Shown: one piece after another, positions 24,220-36,965 of the stretch
How the letters are laid out: every line of letters begins with the position of its first letter
Numbering within the stretch: position 1 is the first letter of the stretch
NCBI GenBank assembly: GCA_963765895.1
Contig: CAVXZB010000038.1
Span: forward strand, 96,001 to 160,000
From: an uncultured Nitrososphaeraceae archaeon
GTDB lineage: Archaea; Thermoproteota; Nitrososphaeria; Nitrososphaerales; Nitrososphaeraceae
DNA: 64,000 nt
Direction: 5' to 3'
The notes under the pieces: generated by a model
The model's input: the letters and a program-made list of their open reading frames with translations, nothing else
Database searches by the model: none
Told to the model about the DNA's origin: nothing
Program-made: the position numbers and the translations under genes

Positions 24220-25242
24220 TCACAATTAAATCATCTTATTAGATATAGTCACTGAATGACGTAATCAATGAGGTCAAGTCCCTCAGTTTGAGACCATAAG
24301 CTTTATCTTTTTACTTCGTAACCTCAATCTCATCCTTTTTCTATAACTCTCACAGTAGATTTGCTGGTTTAAGGACTAAGCCGTTTTTATCTAATTATTC
24401 TGTAATGGATTCACGCCCTCCTAACATATTATCTATACAATGCTAAATGTATAATTCGTCACAAAGAATAAAATAGAGTATGGATAAATTCCTTTTGCAA
24501 AAGTTAGGTAAAACGACACGTTACCAAGAGAATGGGAGAGATAACGTCCCATATGTACTCCTAGGCTAGTGTCTAAACTGCGTTTGCATTGTCAAACCTA
24601 AAAAATTTTCTCAAATTATTGTATTTCTACTTTTAATTCTCAAAAAGGTGGATATGCTGCAGATATTACTGCCAATGTCCAACTAGTCTACGATTTCTGT
24701 TCACGGTCATGGTTATATGATAGACGATAGCACGTATTATAACGGCCATATCAAATAATGGAAGAAAGTCGAAAAAGCTGTCCAATCTGTAGAAACTGCG
24801 GCTTCAAAAAATTTAGTGTTATAAGCCGATCTGAGAAAATCCACTTGCGATGCCTTGGGTGTGGTCAGATGATGTCAATTTGATGTTAACTTTAGATCGG
24901 CATAAGATTTGTTCATTTTCTCTTTGTAGATAGTATTAAAATGGCCCCAAAATTGAGCTAAATTTGAACACCGGGGTGCTGCCCACTTTATCTACATCGT
25001 CTAATACTCTGTTCCTATTACATTACGTATTGTTCTGACAGCATAATAGATCGCCTATTATGATCATGTCGATGAAAAATATTCTAAAGGCATCATCGTC
25101 CCAATCTTTTTTCTGTTTAACGATGAAACCAGACCACTTAGCTGTTCAGCATATGTCGGATCTATTATCTTATCGACTAAGATGCAACTAAAATACTTCA
25201 TCAAAAAGATAAAAAAATAAATATTGAAAAAATTTCTAATTC

Positions 25243-25293
25243 TTACTTCTTAGATTTTGAACCTTTCTTTGCGGTTTTTTTCTTTGCTGCCAT
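25243..25293 (-). CDS. 16-aa lysine-rich micropeptide MAAKKKTAKKGSKSKK
   Basis: Manual translation; TTATATAT box 25 nt upstream of ATG and T-rich tract downstream on the coding strand. Confidence 0.65.
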   Translation of the reverse strand: MAAKKKTAKKGSKSKK

Positions 25294-25317
25294 TCACTTA
25301 TCGAAGTGATATATGCA

Positions 25318-25325
25318 ATATATAA
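25318..25325 (-). promoter_or_regulatory. Archaeal TATA box for the micropeptide gene
   Basis: TTATATAT on the minus strand with A-rich upstream, at leaderless-transcript spacing from ATG 25293. Confidence 0.55.
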
Positions 25326-26447
25326 GCCTTATTATTTTTGGTTAAGAACGTGGATGATATCTTTCTGAGGAACGAGTAACAAACAATACCTTGTATACTT
25401 ATTCAAGTATACTTTGGTACTAAAAAGTCTACTTATAAATTATGATCTATTAGACTTAGTCCTTGTTTTCAATGAAGGAGATAAAAAAAAGGTGTGAAGA
25501 ACCAAGAAATGGAATAGCTATTAGGTATTCCTCATGTTCCAGCGCGGAATTCTATGGCATATCAGTATATACTTTTGGCAATATTGCTGAATAAGATAAT
25601 TGATATATTGGATAGAAACCGAGTAGTAAAGGTATTGGGAACCATGATAACTCAATATACTGGCGATATATCAGTAAGCTTGGTTTCAGACTTATCTGAA
25701 TGATTAGATAAGAATGCGGAGCTGCCCAATGGTTACACTTTTAATATTAAATTTTTATTACGTATTCGACGTCTTGTCCCTGGGGAAATATGGAGCTTTT
25801 AGCAGTTAGAACGATAAAGTGAAACTTATTTTTTTTGTGGCATCTGTGATTGGATTCGAGATAAAGACTAGACTTTCGTCAGGTCTAGCTGTATATAACA
25901 TGCAGTGCATCATGTTATACCTTGCATGTCAAATCAGGAGAAAATATTGTTAATTCATACAAAATAAATTGCAGCTAGGTCATACCTGATCGAGGATTTA
26001 TCAAGTGACTAGGGTTATTAGTTCCGATCCAGCTATAGTCTAAAAGCTTGACATAGTTCGTGATACCAAGATAGTAAAAAATTGAGATACGGATCTTGCG
26101 GTTTAAACCAAACAGTCGGAGAAAACCCGGTCAAACCGGTAACCAAACAGACACCTATTGCTAACCCTTATTGAAAGTATATTCATTGTAACTAGCAGAC
26201 AATGCCTAATGCATGATCCTAGAGAAGTCTTAATTCCTCAAATGACTATTCTAGAATTATATGATAATGCTTCAGAAATAGGATCATGAAATGGTGACGC
26301 GTAATTGTATAATTCAAGTATCAATTAATTCAGATTAATTGCCAATCAAACCAGATCGAGGTTTACTATTTGAACTGGATCTTTTGAACCAAGCAACCTG
26401 TTTCAACAAGGCTAGATATTTAGATAGATGCACACATACAAGAATAC

Positions 26448-26972
26448 ATGATGAACATCTCCAGAAAAATTATCCAAAAATATATCATTAATGACACAAA
26501 ATGTTGCAAATTCATGTCTAAGGACGGCATAACTACTCAAGAACTTGCCATAGAGAAGGTTGACGGGATTTTTGATAGTATTCAGATGGATGTAAGATCA
26601 GAGAGTACTCTTCCCTTGATTGTAAGGGCTTGTGGGATTCTAAAAAATTTGGATGACTACCAATATATTGTATGTTCCGAAGTTCGAGAGATTCCTGATT
26701 CCAATCCATACAAAAAGATTCTGCAAAAATATAGGGTCACTATAGTGGCTGCATTTGCAAGGTTTATTATGATTATTCATTCAAAAATAATGACCGTACT
26801 ACAGGAATGGACTCATTTTGCCAGGTTATTATTGGAAGTCCTCTCAGATACCCTAGCTAAGGCTAGACTCAATACAGACTTTAAACTGAGTAATGAGCCA
26901 ACCGAATTGATGTTTGACTATTTTGGTATGCCTGAGAAGGAAATTGACGAATTATTAGAAAAGATCTACTAG
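26448..26972 (+). CDS. Hypothetical protein (start uncertain)
   Basis: 174-aa ORF, helical composition. Confidence 0.6.
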   Translation: MMNISRKIIQKYIINDTKCCKFMSKDGITTQELAIEKVDGIFDSIQMDVRSESTLPLIVRACGILKNLDDYQYIVCSEVREIPDSNPYKKILQKYRVTIVAAFARFIMIIHSKIMTVLQEWTHFARLLLEVLSDTLAKARLNTDFKLSNEPTELMFDYFGMPEKEIDELLEKIY

Positions 26973-27490
26973 CAACCAGTGGTCTTCTGTCTAAAGGGGG
27001 AGTCATCATTGATAGTTTTCGGCGGTGCTGAAGTTTATGTTGTACAATTGCTTGTTTGAATCCAACAAGATTTACAATATGACCTTGCAAAGACTACATC
27101 GGCCAATCTGTCGGACCGATCAAACCCATGCCCGATATTTGTTTGAGACAGTATTCTGCTTAATCATAGCCTCAAAAAAATCAGAACTTTAATCCAATGT
27201 CGACTGCCACTAGCTCCAGACCACGATATTCAAAGCTTGTCTTGTTTACCGGTCATATCTTTTGATTTTCGAAGCACGATCAGAGTACTTCAAGATTTGA
27301 ACAATTGGTTCGCCGAATAAACTTTCGCTGTCATTAGCTCAGTGTGTAGGCGTGAAAATCAGCTCAAATACCACCGTAGTCACGGGGATAACTAACAATC
27401 ATGATTTTAAGCAATTAACATTGAGCAGCCACACAATTGGGGCCAGGGTATTTCATACCTCGATTCGACGTCTTCTTGTTCCTCATCTTG

Positions 27491-28060
27491 TTACCTTACG
27501 CGTTTTTTCCTTAACCTTTTCGTTTTTGCTTTTCCAATTTTGGTGACTTTTGCAGTCTGATTTTTAGTAGCAGAAGCGCCCTTTTTAGCAACTCTTCTGG
27601 CTTGGTTAGCAGCTCTTTGCGACACTTTCCGTGCATTTGCCATCCCTTTTTTTACTTGCTTGGTAGTTTTAGGAGCCCTTTTTGGAATTCGCTTAGCAGT
27701 ATCTTTCGTTAACCTTGCTGTTTCATTTGCTACCTCAGCCGTCTCTTCAATGGCACCAGCAGTATCCTCTAAGACATGACTATCTTTTACGTCTCTAGTC
27801 GTTTGATTGATTACATTTGTAGTGTCTCTCGCAGCTAACGAAGCATCATGTACTGCACCTACAAGATCCATAACTGCTCCGCTCTCATGAAACGCTTCAG
27901 CTGTCTCCCTTGCTACTGCAGACGTATGTCGAATATTTTTGGCTACATCTTTTATTAAATCGGCTGCCCTCTTGGCACCTGCACCCAAATCCTGCTTTCC
28001 ACTCGAGGAGTTAGTTTTTGCTCGCTTTGCCCTACTTTTCTTATCTTTTCCCGCGGCCAA
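27491..28060 (-). CDS. Basic low-complexity protein with Lys/Arg-rich tails and Ala/Thr-rich helical core
   Basis: MAAGKDKKSRAKRAK...; AVARETAEA/AARDTT/VANETAR-like repeats; ...KAKTKRLRKKRVR. Confidence 0.7.
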   Translation of the reverse strand: MAAGKDKKSRAKRAKTNSSSGKQDLGAGAKRAADLIKDVAKNIRHTSAVARETAEAFHESGAVMDLVGAVHDASLAARDTTNVINQTTRDVKDSHVLEDTAGAIEETAEVANETARLTKDTAKRIPKRAPKTTKQVKKGMANARKVSQRAANQARRVAKKGASATKNQTAKVTKIGKAKTKRLRKKRVR

Positions 28061-28381
28061 TATCTATCATTACTGTATTTGATATAGTCATATTAAATGG
28101 TTAACACTCAATTCCAGTTTAAGTCACAATCCAATTTGTTTGCAAACGAAAGACTGATCCTGTCACTATTTACTATTTACTATTCACCTGGTTGAACCTC
28201 AATTCCTGAGACTTGGGTCATAACTATGTAAAATCAATGTACTATCTGACAGTCTTGCTATTAAAACCCGCATAATGAGTAAGGAATTAATAAAAATATT
28301 TAATCACTCATTTTGGAGAGGTGACAACTGATTGAAAAAGGCCAAAAAGCGTATATATTTTGTGTATATAATTGGTAATTT

Positions 28382-28901
28382 GATGGATGCAGAGCAGCTT
28401 TCTAACAACATACTTTCACTAGATTCTAATATACGGTTTGCAGGCGTACTAGAAAAATCAGGGCATCTTTACGCTGGGGGTACAAGAGGTGGAGTAACAG
28501 AATATCTCAAGAATAGAGATTCTGAAATTAGTTTTTCTCAGACTGCCTACATAGTTGATCTGAGAAAGATGTTTACACCACATCTGGGTAATCTAGAATA
28601 TATTGTGTATGTCCATAACAAAGTGAAAATCTTTAGCATACCTGTAAAAGATCACATAGTGGTATTTTCTACGAATAGCCAGGCAGTCGACGTAGAGGAA
28701 ATAGCAAAAAGTGTACTGGATTACATAAGATCTGTAGAGACTCAGTTATCGTTGTACCCGCCTTCCAATGTCATTAATCGGGAGAAAAGGGAAACAGTGA
28801 AAAATCTCCATGATTCAGGTATCTCCGAGGAGTTAATTGCTGAACAGCTCGATCTTAACGTTGATACTGTCAAAGTAATAGTTAAGGATACGGGGATGTA
28901 G
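28382..28901 (+). CDS. Roadblock/profilin-like (DUF6659-like) domain fused to a C-terminal HTH
   Basis: ILSLDSNIRFAGVLEKSG...LGNLEYIVYVH.KVKIFSIP, then GISEELIAEQLDLNVDTVK; likely start MDAEQL. Confidence 0.7.
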
Positions 28902-29134
28902 TCCAAATATCCAGTCACAGCACCTGCGAGTCCATGACTTGCAATGCTTGGAAGCAGAGCAATATTATTCACTATTCGACAGTTTTCACTTCCGTCAGTT
29001 GTATCACTCCAGGTAGGTTTTGTAACATCGTCCATCCATGATGTATATGAGGACATGGTTTGGAATCTCGGTTATACCATATAATAGTAATATGACGTGT
29101 ACTAAGGAATATATCCACATGAACTCGTCGATCA

Positions 29135-30118
29135 TTAGCTACCTTGGTTTATTCCATATATTGTTCCTGCCTGAATAACTGTACCTGGCGGGATCTGTCT
29201 ACCTGGCAAGATTATAACCGACGCACCGATCGCGCAATTTTCTCCAACGACCGCACCGAAATGGTCTAGTCCAGTATCCAATAATAACTTCTCTCCAACA
29301 TCATTAATAATTTCATATTTGATATTCTTTCTGCTAAGGAGAACATTTGCGGTCCCAGAATAGCCGCCAAACCAAGCGTTCTCTCCTATTATACTATCCA
29401 GTATAACATTTTGATGAGATATCTTGGCATTACCAGCAAAATAGGATTTCGCGATTTCACAGTTAAACCCTATTTTTGTTTCTTTCCCAAACATACAATT
29501 CCTTATAAGTGAGCTCATGCCTACGTGACTGCCTTTGCTAATATAAGTAGGACCCTTTATCTTGCAAAAGTCATCAATAGTGACATCATCCTCAATTATG
29601 CATGGACCTTCTATGACGGTGGTTCTTGCTACCGATGCGTTCGGTGAAATGATATTACGGGTAACTTCAGCCCTTAGCGTTTTTTGGACAATATTCAGAA
29701 AATCCCATGGGTAGACCACATTATCTACTAGTAGGCCTTGTTCTATTGTATGATATATAAATGAGTTAATCGGGGCTTCAAAATTTTGAAGTCCAGCTAT
29801 AACTGGATTCTGATCAATAAATGGTAAAGTAGATTTTTGACTAGAGACAAGATCATTAGAAATAAAAGAAGTGTCATCGTATTCCTTCACTTTTATAGAG
29901 GGAAAGTTTGTTGCTATTAGATCAATTGTATTGGGAAGGTTAGAAGGTATCAAAACAGTATCAACCGTCATGAATTTTCTTGTTACGTCTACATTTCTAA
30001 CTATCAATGGTTCTCCAAAGAGCTTGAGTGATGACGTGGGACAATTTCCATTATCATAGTCAGCTCTAGACAGTAGAGACTCTAAGTGGTGCACGGAATT
30101 ATGCAATATCAACCTCAA
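29135..30118 (-). CDS. GlmU-like nucleotidyltransferase remnant plus hexapeptide-repeat acyltransferase
   Basis: LKLFGEPLI, YPWDFL, IEGPCII and IKGPTYI left-handed beta-helix repeats, FGAVVGENCAIGASVIILPG. Confidence 0.8.
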   Translation of the reverse strand: MRLILHNSVHHLESLLSRADYDNGNCPTSSLKLFGEPLIVRNVDVTRKFMTVDTVLIPSNLPNTIDLIATNFPSIKVKEYDDTSFISNDLVSSQKSTLPFIDQNPVIAGLQNFEAPINSFIYHTIEQGLLVDNVVYPWDFLNIVQKTLRAEVTRNIISPNASVARTTVIEGPCIIEDDVTIDDFCKIKGPTYISKGSHVGMSSLIRNCMFGKETKIGFNCEIAKSYFAGNAKISHQNVILDSIIGENAWFGGYSGTANVLLSRKNIKYEIINDVGEKLLLDTGLDHFGAVVGENCAIGASVIILPGRQIPPGTVIQAGTIYGINQGS

Positions 30119-31033
30119 AACAATGGCTCACATCATGGAAGAAACAAACAAAAGTATATCTTCGCTTTGTAGCTAATCTCCTTAACATTAATCGTAAATG
30201 TAATTAATTATACAATTAACGTACAATTTTGAAGGAGATTATAGATGTAAATTCACCTATACTATTTGCTAGACATTCTATGCATATCTATTATCAATTC
30301 TATTCATAGGCACGAAGGCACAATAACTTCTGCCTCTATCCAAGGTAATCACAATGTATTCACATCAGAAACTTTCTGCTGAGTTTATGATAAAAAATAG
30401 ATGCAACTCGACTGTCGAATTTGCAGATCCTTGGAAGGCCTCATCAAACAAATTTAGATAGACATCGATATCCTAACGGCCACCTTATAGGAGGTAGAAT
30501 TTCTCCTGTCGATCATACGCATATGATATTCTTTTCTATTAAATTTGCCGGTCAGTATACATTCCACGTTGGTACTGAATCTGGGACCGAATCATACAAA
30601 TATGATAAAATCTAGGATGATGGCTATTCATTTTTTCAAAGATGACAAGGATGAGCGCCTGATTCCTATCAATTACGAGGTGATATCGCGATCTAAGTAA
30701 CGATAATCCTTCTTCAACGCCATTAACATTGAAAGATACTATTAGCATTGAACATTATACTAAGGTGGAGACGGTTCCCGAAAAATTAAGCAAATGTATT
30801 TGAAAGCAATTTATTTAGGATAGAGAATTTGGATCAAATACTATGCTATTCCAGAAGCTAGTCATGACCGCACTAAGTCCGACGTCCGAATGCATACTAA
30901 CTAAGGCTAGGTTCAGTTCAAAGTCTGAGTTTAAGCTAATTGAAATGATTATTCCATTGAGAATAGAATTAAGAACCAAATCAAATTCAGTCCCGGTATG
31001 TATAAGGGGAGAGGCATCCCGGGAATTGTAAAG

Positions 31034-31668
31034 ATGACACTTATTTTGATGATTGTTGCGATTATGGCCTGGCTAGTAATCGGTTGCGGGTTTTTAAATT
31101 ATCCGCATACAATAGTCTGCTCAGACTGCGTTATCCACATTCCAGGACTTGGGCAAAAATATGAAAACATACACTAACGAACAGTACAAATTTGCAATAT
31201 CTTATCCTACTACTTGGGATAAGATCGTCTTTGTGCAAGGTATAACTGAGAGTCGGCCGTCAGATTCTTGTAACATTTCTATCACCGCTCGAAAATCCAT
31301 CTGATTTGTTCAGAGAGTATTTGACAATCGAAGTCGCTAACTTTTCTCCTAGAACAGCAGTTGAAAAGTCAAAGCTCATCCAATATGGCGAAAACCAGGT
31401 CAGTGTCTATAGAAAGTCTTTGCAAGGATTTCATGTCTTGGCAAGATCTGATCAATTCAATAATAGTGTATTAAATATTGGAAATCCAGCTTGCTATAAA
31501 GTGTTATATAATTTTATTGATACCACTGCCGGAAAAATTAATGTACTCGATATTTACTGCGCCAAGGAATCTAAAGTTTATCTCATTTCATTTCAATCTG
31601 ATTCAAATAAGTATTCTCTCTATCTACCAATAATCAAGCTAATGGTTAATTCACTCAAGCTGTCATAA
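31034..31668 (+). pseudogene. PsbP-related secreted protein, frameshifted
   Basis: Hydrophobic N-terminus; KTYTNEQYKFAISYPTTW; VTFLSPLENPSDLFREYLTIEV; KVYLISF...YLPIIKLMVNSLK. Confidence 0.7.
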
Positions 31669-33118
31669 TCCCTCATTGCTGTTTGGAGATAAACACAAGT
31701 TGATTATGCTATACCACAAATACTTCTGGATTTGACTGTCAAATAACGGCGTTTCATACTTTTGGTAGTGGAGGTGAGAGGTGAGACCTATGTTCTGAAT
31801 AAATAAATGAATAAATAACTCTTCGTGTTTGACCGATTGATATTACTGTACTATTTAATTAATGAGATCGTTTCATCTTGCCAACTGATTCGTGCCTACT
31901 TTTGGTAAGTTGGGGCTTTGGGAATTTATCCCTATTTATTCATCTAGAAAAAGAATAACTTAAACATCAGTAATTTACCTTGAGAACATACAAATTACAG
32001 GATTCATTCAACCTTGTAATATCAGTCAATCAAGATGGCTGTTTTCCAGCCATCTAAAGCACAGTCAGATAAGCCCTGCATATTTAGTCCGGACGTAGTA
32101 CGATATCGCCTAAGCGAATCGACTCTTTCCATATATTATTTGATCACCAAAATAATGATTGGTTTTTCCATCATCTAATGGTACTGTGATGATCCCTCGT
32201 ATCGCAATAACAATTTCTACGGGAACTCTGCCACGTCATAAGGTGATTTGTGCCAACATCCATCATTCCTTTGATTGTTACGCTCATATCCGGACCAAGC
32301 TCAATATGATGGTAATTTTCCCCAAAATTGAGAAATTCATTATATGTTAAGCAGTCCGATTATTCCATATCATGTCAGTATTGAAGAATTTAGCACTCCA
32401 TCCGAGACCACCAGAACCAGTTCTCAAAGGTAATTATATGGCAGATCCCATTATATTATGGAATCGATCTTACCATTCCTAATAAAGTCGTTGAGCGAAG
32501 TAACATTTTCGTCTAGATTGAGTGGACTCGCTGCTGAGAGTAATCGTAACTATGTCTAACGAGGATCGGCATTATAGTGTAATTCGTAGGGTGCACCGCA
32601 AAAGCTTAACTACCGATCCTAGAATTATTATTCGTGAAACAATTTCAAATGGCTGTCCTTTAACATATATTTCAAGTGATATTGCAGATAGAACATACAG
32701 TTAGGATATCTAGACCTTGGTCTTGTGGATCCAGATCAACGATCTCTGCTTGCATGGATCACCTCCACTATCGTTTTATATGTATAGAACACGTTGCCTT
32801 CTAATCTATAATATAGGCTTCTGCTGTTTTTACTGATAGATATGGACCTTGTACTTCTAGAAATAGCTTGGATTTGACGACCTCTTATGATCTACCGGCA
32901 ATGTTCTCAATAATGACCTCAAATTTCTAGGTACTAAAGCAAGTATGATGTCGTCGCAAAATACTGGGGAACTACTCTGGAAAATTACCAAAAAATGTTC
33001 AGTAAAATCCGTGTCTACGTGACTCTGCAATACCATAGCGATTGCGATTCTAGGATTTGTAAGATTGAATGCGTCATAGTCTAGGAGGACCAACTACCAT
33101 CATGTGAGATATTTCTTT

Positions 33119-33466
33119 TCATGTCTCATTTTTCGTCATGAAACTACGTATTTTACTGTCAGGATCAAGTATGTTCTGATCTGGGCTAACTATCCTTTCG
33201 AGGAGCTCTCCCCTCTTTTTGGCTGATAATTCTAAACGTATCAAGATTTTTCTATTACCCTCTTCTAGCTTAGTTATTCTATGGAGTATGCTGTCTTGCT
33301 GCTTCGAAGTTTTATTTTGCCGGTTATATATCCACCAGCTAATGAAGCGTCCTACGAACGCACCAGCTATTATTCCCAAATATGTACTTGAGGTATTTGT
33401 CATGTCGACACATTGGTTACTGAGTTCTGGAATGCATCCACATATACCGAGAATTTGAGCCCACAT
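33119..33466 (-). CDS. Hypothetical membrane protein with coiled coil
   Basis: TM segment YLGIIAGAFVGRFISWWIY followed by a heptad-rich region. Confidence 0.6.
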   Translation of the reverse strand: MWAQILGICGCIPELSNQCVDMTNTSSTYLGIIAGAFVGRFISWWIYNRQNKTSKQQDSILHRITKLEEGNRKILIRLELSAKKRGELLERIVSPDQNILDPDSKIRSFMTKNET

Positions 33467-34315
33467 GATACGATGATGTTCTCTACTAACTATAATATTT
33501 TTTTTCCTATTCTATTAAGATATTAGCTAATTGATATACTCTGAATTTACTATTAATTTGATAGATTAATCTATCACGTAGCATCCTGTGTCCTCAAAAT
33601 ATCTCTTCGTTATTATGGTTGACGCAAAGATGGGATTTCATGTATCTGAAGGAATATGATTTCTTTTTTTAGATCAATGTCATGATAATGAACCTAAATT
33701 TATGTACACTTTGTTATCCAGCCATGTCGATTAGTAAAGATGAGGTTTACGCCAGTAATTGGCCTAGTTATATTAATAGTTCTGAGTAGGGGAATAGGCC
33801 GAAAAATTAATGCATATTAAAAGAGTAAGATCCAGTTCTGGGTTTCATTGTAACTAGCATGCTAGTGACATTCTATGATCAAGATTTTCTTTGAAATCCA
33901 ATATATTTAATCCTGAACTTGTAGTTGATCGGATATTGAATTTGAATCAATTAGGACCCTGTCAATCGATCTGGATAAATTAATCACTTCCAGCCTAATA
34001 AGTAATTTACCCTATGAAATAATCCCATCTATGCTTTTGTTTAATTGTATGAGGATAAGCATTGTTAGATATGTTTTCCTACTTTACCCGCTTTAGAATC
34101 GTTGAACAAACAGTTTAAGTATTAAAGGATTTTAACTATCAATAATATTCAATCAATATGTTACGATAGCCAAATACACTTATGTCTTTGTACCTTGAAT
34201 GTTTCTGTAAGTCAGGGTTAGATAGCTTTTCGCAAGAAATTCCGAGACCAATATCCAATGATGTGCCATAATAAGACAACAAATATAGATGAAATCGTAA
34301 CTAGCTCATATTATT

Positions 34316-34684
34316 ATGGAGGAAAGGGCAGTTAGGGAATTTGAATGGTATTTGCGTGATTATCTTTTTCGACAGTATAATCTGAATAACCGACGAATTG
34401 TGTTAAAGCAATTGCCAATGGAAATGATCAACACTTACTTACGTTATAGACACTCTGATCAAACAGATCTTAATCAATATCTGGAAGAAGTCCTTAAGAA
34501 TTTGTTGGCTCGTCACGTCATTAAAGAAACTATGATTGATGGTTCGATTGAACTGCATGATAATCTTTTTAGACTGCAATGTGCAAAATGCTACTACGTC
34601 TCGTATCTAAACCATCTTGAGCCTAGAGAATGTCTGAGATGTGCAAGTACTGATTTGAATGAATTTCCTCGTAGGAATAAATGA
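34316..34684 (+). CDS. Hypothetical protein, winged-helix-like with C-terminal Zn ribbon
   Basis: CAKC...CLRC near the C-terminus; intact ORF. Confidence 0.7.
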   Translation: MEERAVREFEWYLRDYLFRQYNLNNRRIVLKQLPMEMINTYLRYRHSDQTDLNQYLEEVLKNLLARHVIKETMIDGSIELHDNLFRLQCAKCYYVSYLNHLEPRECLRCASTDLNEFPRRNK

Positions 34685-35251
34685 GCACGATATACTGCTA
34701 CCAAATTCTATCCTAATGTCAATCAAACAATAGGTCAATTCTAGGTATGTCCAAACCAGATCTTCTATCATTTTAATCACAACCCTTCTTCTGAATTCAT
34801 AGGTGAAGTCCTCATACACTTACAGAATTGCACTATTCAGACTCATCTTTGTAGTTGATCTAGCCATTTTGACCAATGATCTGATACAAGAATACCACCT
34901 AAAATAAGATATTCTCATATAGCATAACGTTATTAATATTCAATCAAGCGTAATTTGCTGTTCCTCTAATGCAACAAAGAATATACAATTCCACGACATT
35001 GTTATTCATTTGCAGAACTTCTGTGCAGCCACCTCATTTTTTTTACAAGACACACAAACTAATGTAATTAATTAAATAACGATATGTAGAACTTAGAAAA
35101 TATACTAATGGGTTTGACTAAAGTGCGGGGATCCTAGGCATCGGTATATTGGTAGTAAGACCAAGTCAATATTTATTGGATATGGGTATCGCTTCACATT
35201 AAAGATAGATTGAATGGAAGCTCACGATGAGAGTTAAACATATCGAATCGC

Positions 35252-36208
35252 GGCCATGTAGAAATCATCACAAAAATGACAATATTCGTTAGCCTGTGCA
35301 TGTTATAGGCTATGCATCTGAATGATAGTTCCCTGTTCTGTGTTTTTACTAGCCTTGAAGAAATATATTCTCCAAATAGTCGTTTTATGACAGACATTAT
35401 GGTCTCATCCTTGTTTCGTTGATTGTACAATAGTTCGTTATATCCACGTTTCATCTGCTTTCTATATCTGCCATGTGTTCTCCATATCGGTACATGTTCA
35501 TATCGAGCTGGAATAACACTGAATGCATGCAAGGTTTCTCTTACCAACTGATGATTATCTTCATTATCATATCCCTTATCAGCTGTAACTACGGATAGTG
35601 GAAGGGATATTTGACGTCCTTGTTATGATTGGCTTGAAATCTACATTATCATGTCTTGTAGGAGCTCGTCTTATCCTTATGTTGCAGATAATCTGTTGTA
35701 ATACATCGGCTCTAATAGATAATTTCGCATATTTTCTTCTTGCTTCTATTCGTTCATCATAATACTGTGAAGCATGAGTTATCTTAAATCCTGTTGAATC
35801 TATTCCTACAAAGATATGCTTCGTACAGCTAATTACAATGAATGACGAAATTATCTTCTCAAGCAGTGAATTGCTAATTCTGTCTGTCTGTAAACTTTTG
35901 CAATGTTGTAAAATGAGGAATACGTGACAATCGTAGGTACGATCTAAGGTAATATGCCTCGACTAACCACTCGACAAACATCCTATAACTCTTACCTTCG
36001 TACTGTCTTATTGTAAGTAATACTAAATGCTGCCATATCGTAAATGCATGATTGCTCTTTCTGTGAAGAAACAATGGTATCCTTGAATTTCTCAAGACAC
36101 GGTACATAGTATTAGCCAGCCTAACATATCTTGATTCTTTCAACATCCATATTGGATCATACGTCTAGAAAGCTCTAACGGTATTCAGAACATGGTTTCT
36201 ACAGAGCC
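35252..36208 (-). mobile_element. IS5-family-like insertion sequence (957 bp) with frameshifted DDE transposase
   Basis: Terminal IRs ggccatgtagaaa / tttctacagagcc; 8-bp target duplication cgaatcgc at 35244-35251 and 36209-36216; transposase motifs IPHFTTLQKF, GIDSTG, TADKGYD and YNQRNKDETIMSVIKRLFGE...IAYNMHR. Confidence 0.93.
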
Positions 36209-36253
36209 CGAATCGCAAATGATTTAAATATAATAGCATGCATAATCTACTCT

Positions 36254-36457
36254 ATGAACAAGGCTTTTTCAATTGCTTCAGCTATGGTACTCTTAGCATT
36301 GCTGTTAGCGACAGGAGTCGGGCTGATTCATCCTGCCAACGCATGCCCAAATAATCCAAGCGGTACCACAGGTATGAAAGGCAATCCAGCTGCATCATCT
36401 AGTCCTAGTACTCAAATAGCACAACCGTCACAACCTTTGCAGTCCAACTCAGTTTAG
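36254..36457 (+). CDS. Small secreted protein
   Basis: Signal peptide ending in ANA; Ser/Pro/Gln-rich mature part; TTTAAATA box near 36223 and T-rich 3' tract. Confidence 0.7.
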   Translation: MNKAFSIASAMVLLALLLATGVGLIHPANACPNNPSGTTGMKGNPAASSSPSTQIAQPSQPLQSNSV

Positions 36458-36965
36458 ATCAGGCAACAAATTTCCTCTATTTTATTTGTTAGTAAATACA
36501 GATAAGCTAATATTACGAGTGGCTTTTCATAAAATTTGCAACTTACGAGAGTAAGGCGCAGCTGCCTAATCGAATCACACCGGTTAGATGGAGATATTGT
36601 TTTAGAATTAATTGACCTCTATCTAGAAAGTACAGTGGAATACCTTCTTATTCAATAGGCGGGTATCAAATTTGATAGTAAGTACATATGATGCAAATTA
36701 AAGATATTCCCCCAAACATCAAAAATATACAACTAATAAGACCATTTTCAAACTAGTATCAAGTTGAAGTTTCCTGTGTAACGGGTATATCACAGTTGAA
36801 CGTAAAAGTGGTTTTTAATCACTGCACTTAGGTCTACTAATATATGTCCAATGCCTAACCTGGAAGACTATAGAAAAATTTCAAGCTATGTACAGTCAGT
36901 ATTTTGTGATTTGAAAATTTGGGTGACCCTTTATATACAACCAACACGTCTAATTATAATGCCTC

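Noticed and set aside
32159-33093. Several short ORFs that might be one decayed gene
   Set aside because: Could not assemble a recognisable protein from the frames.
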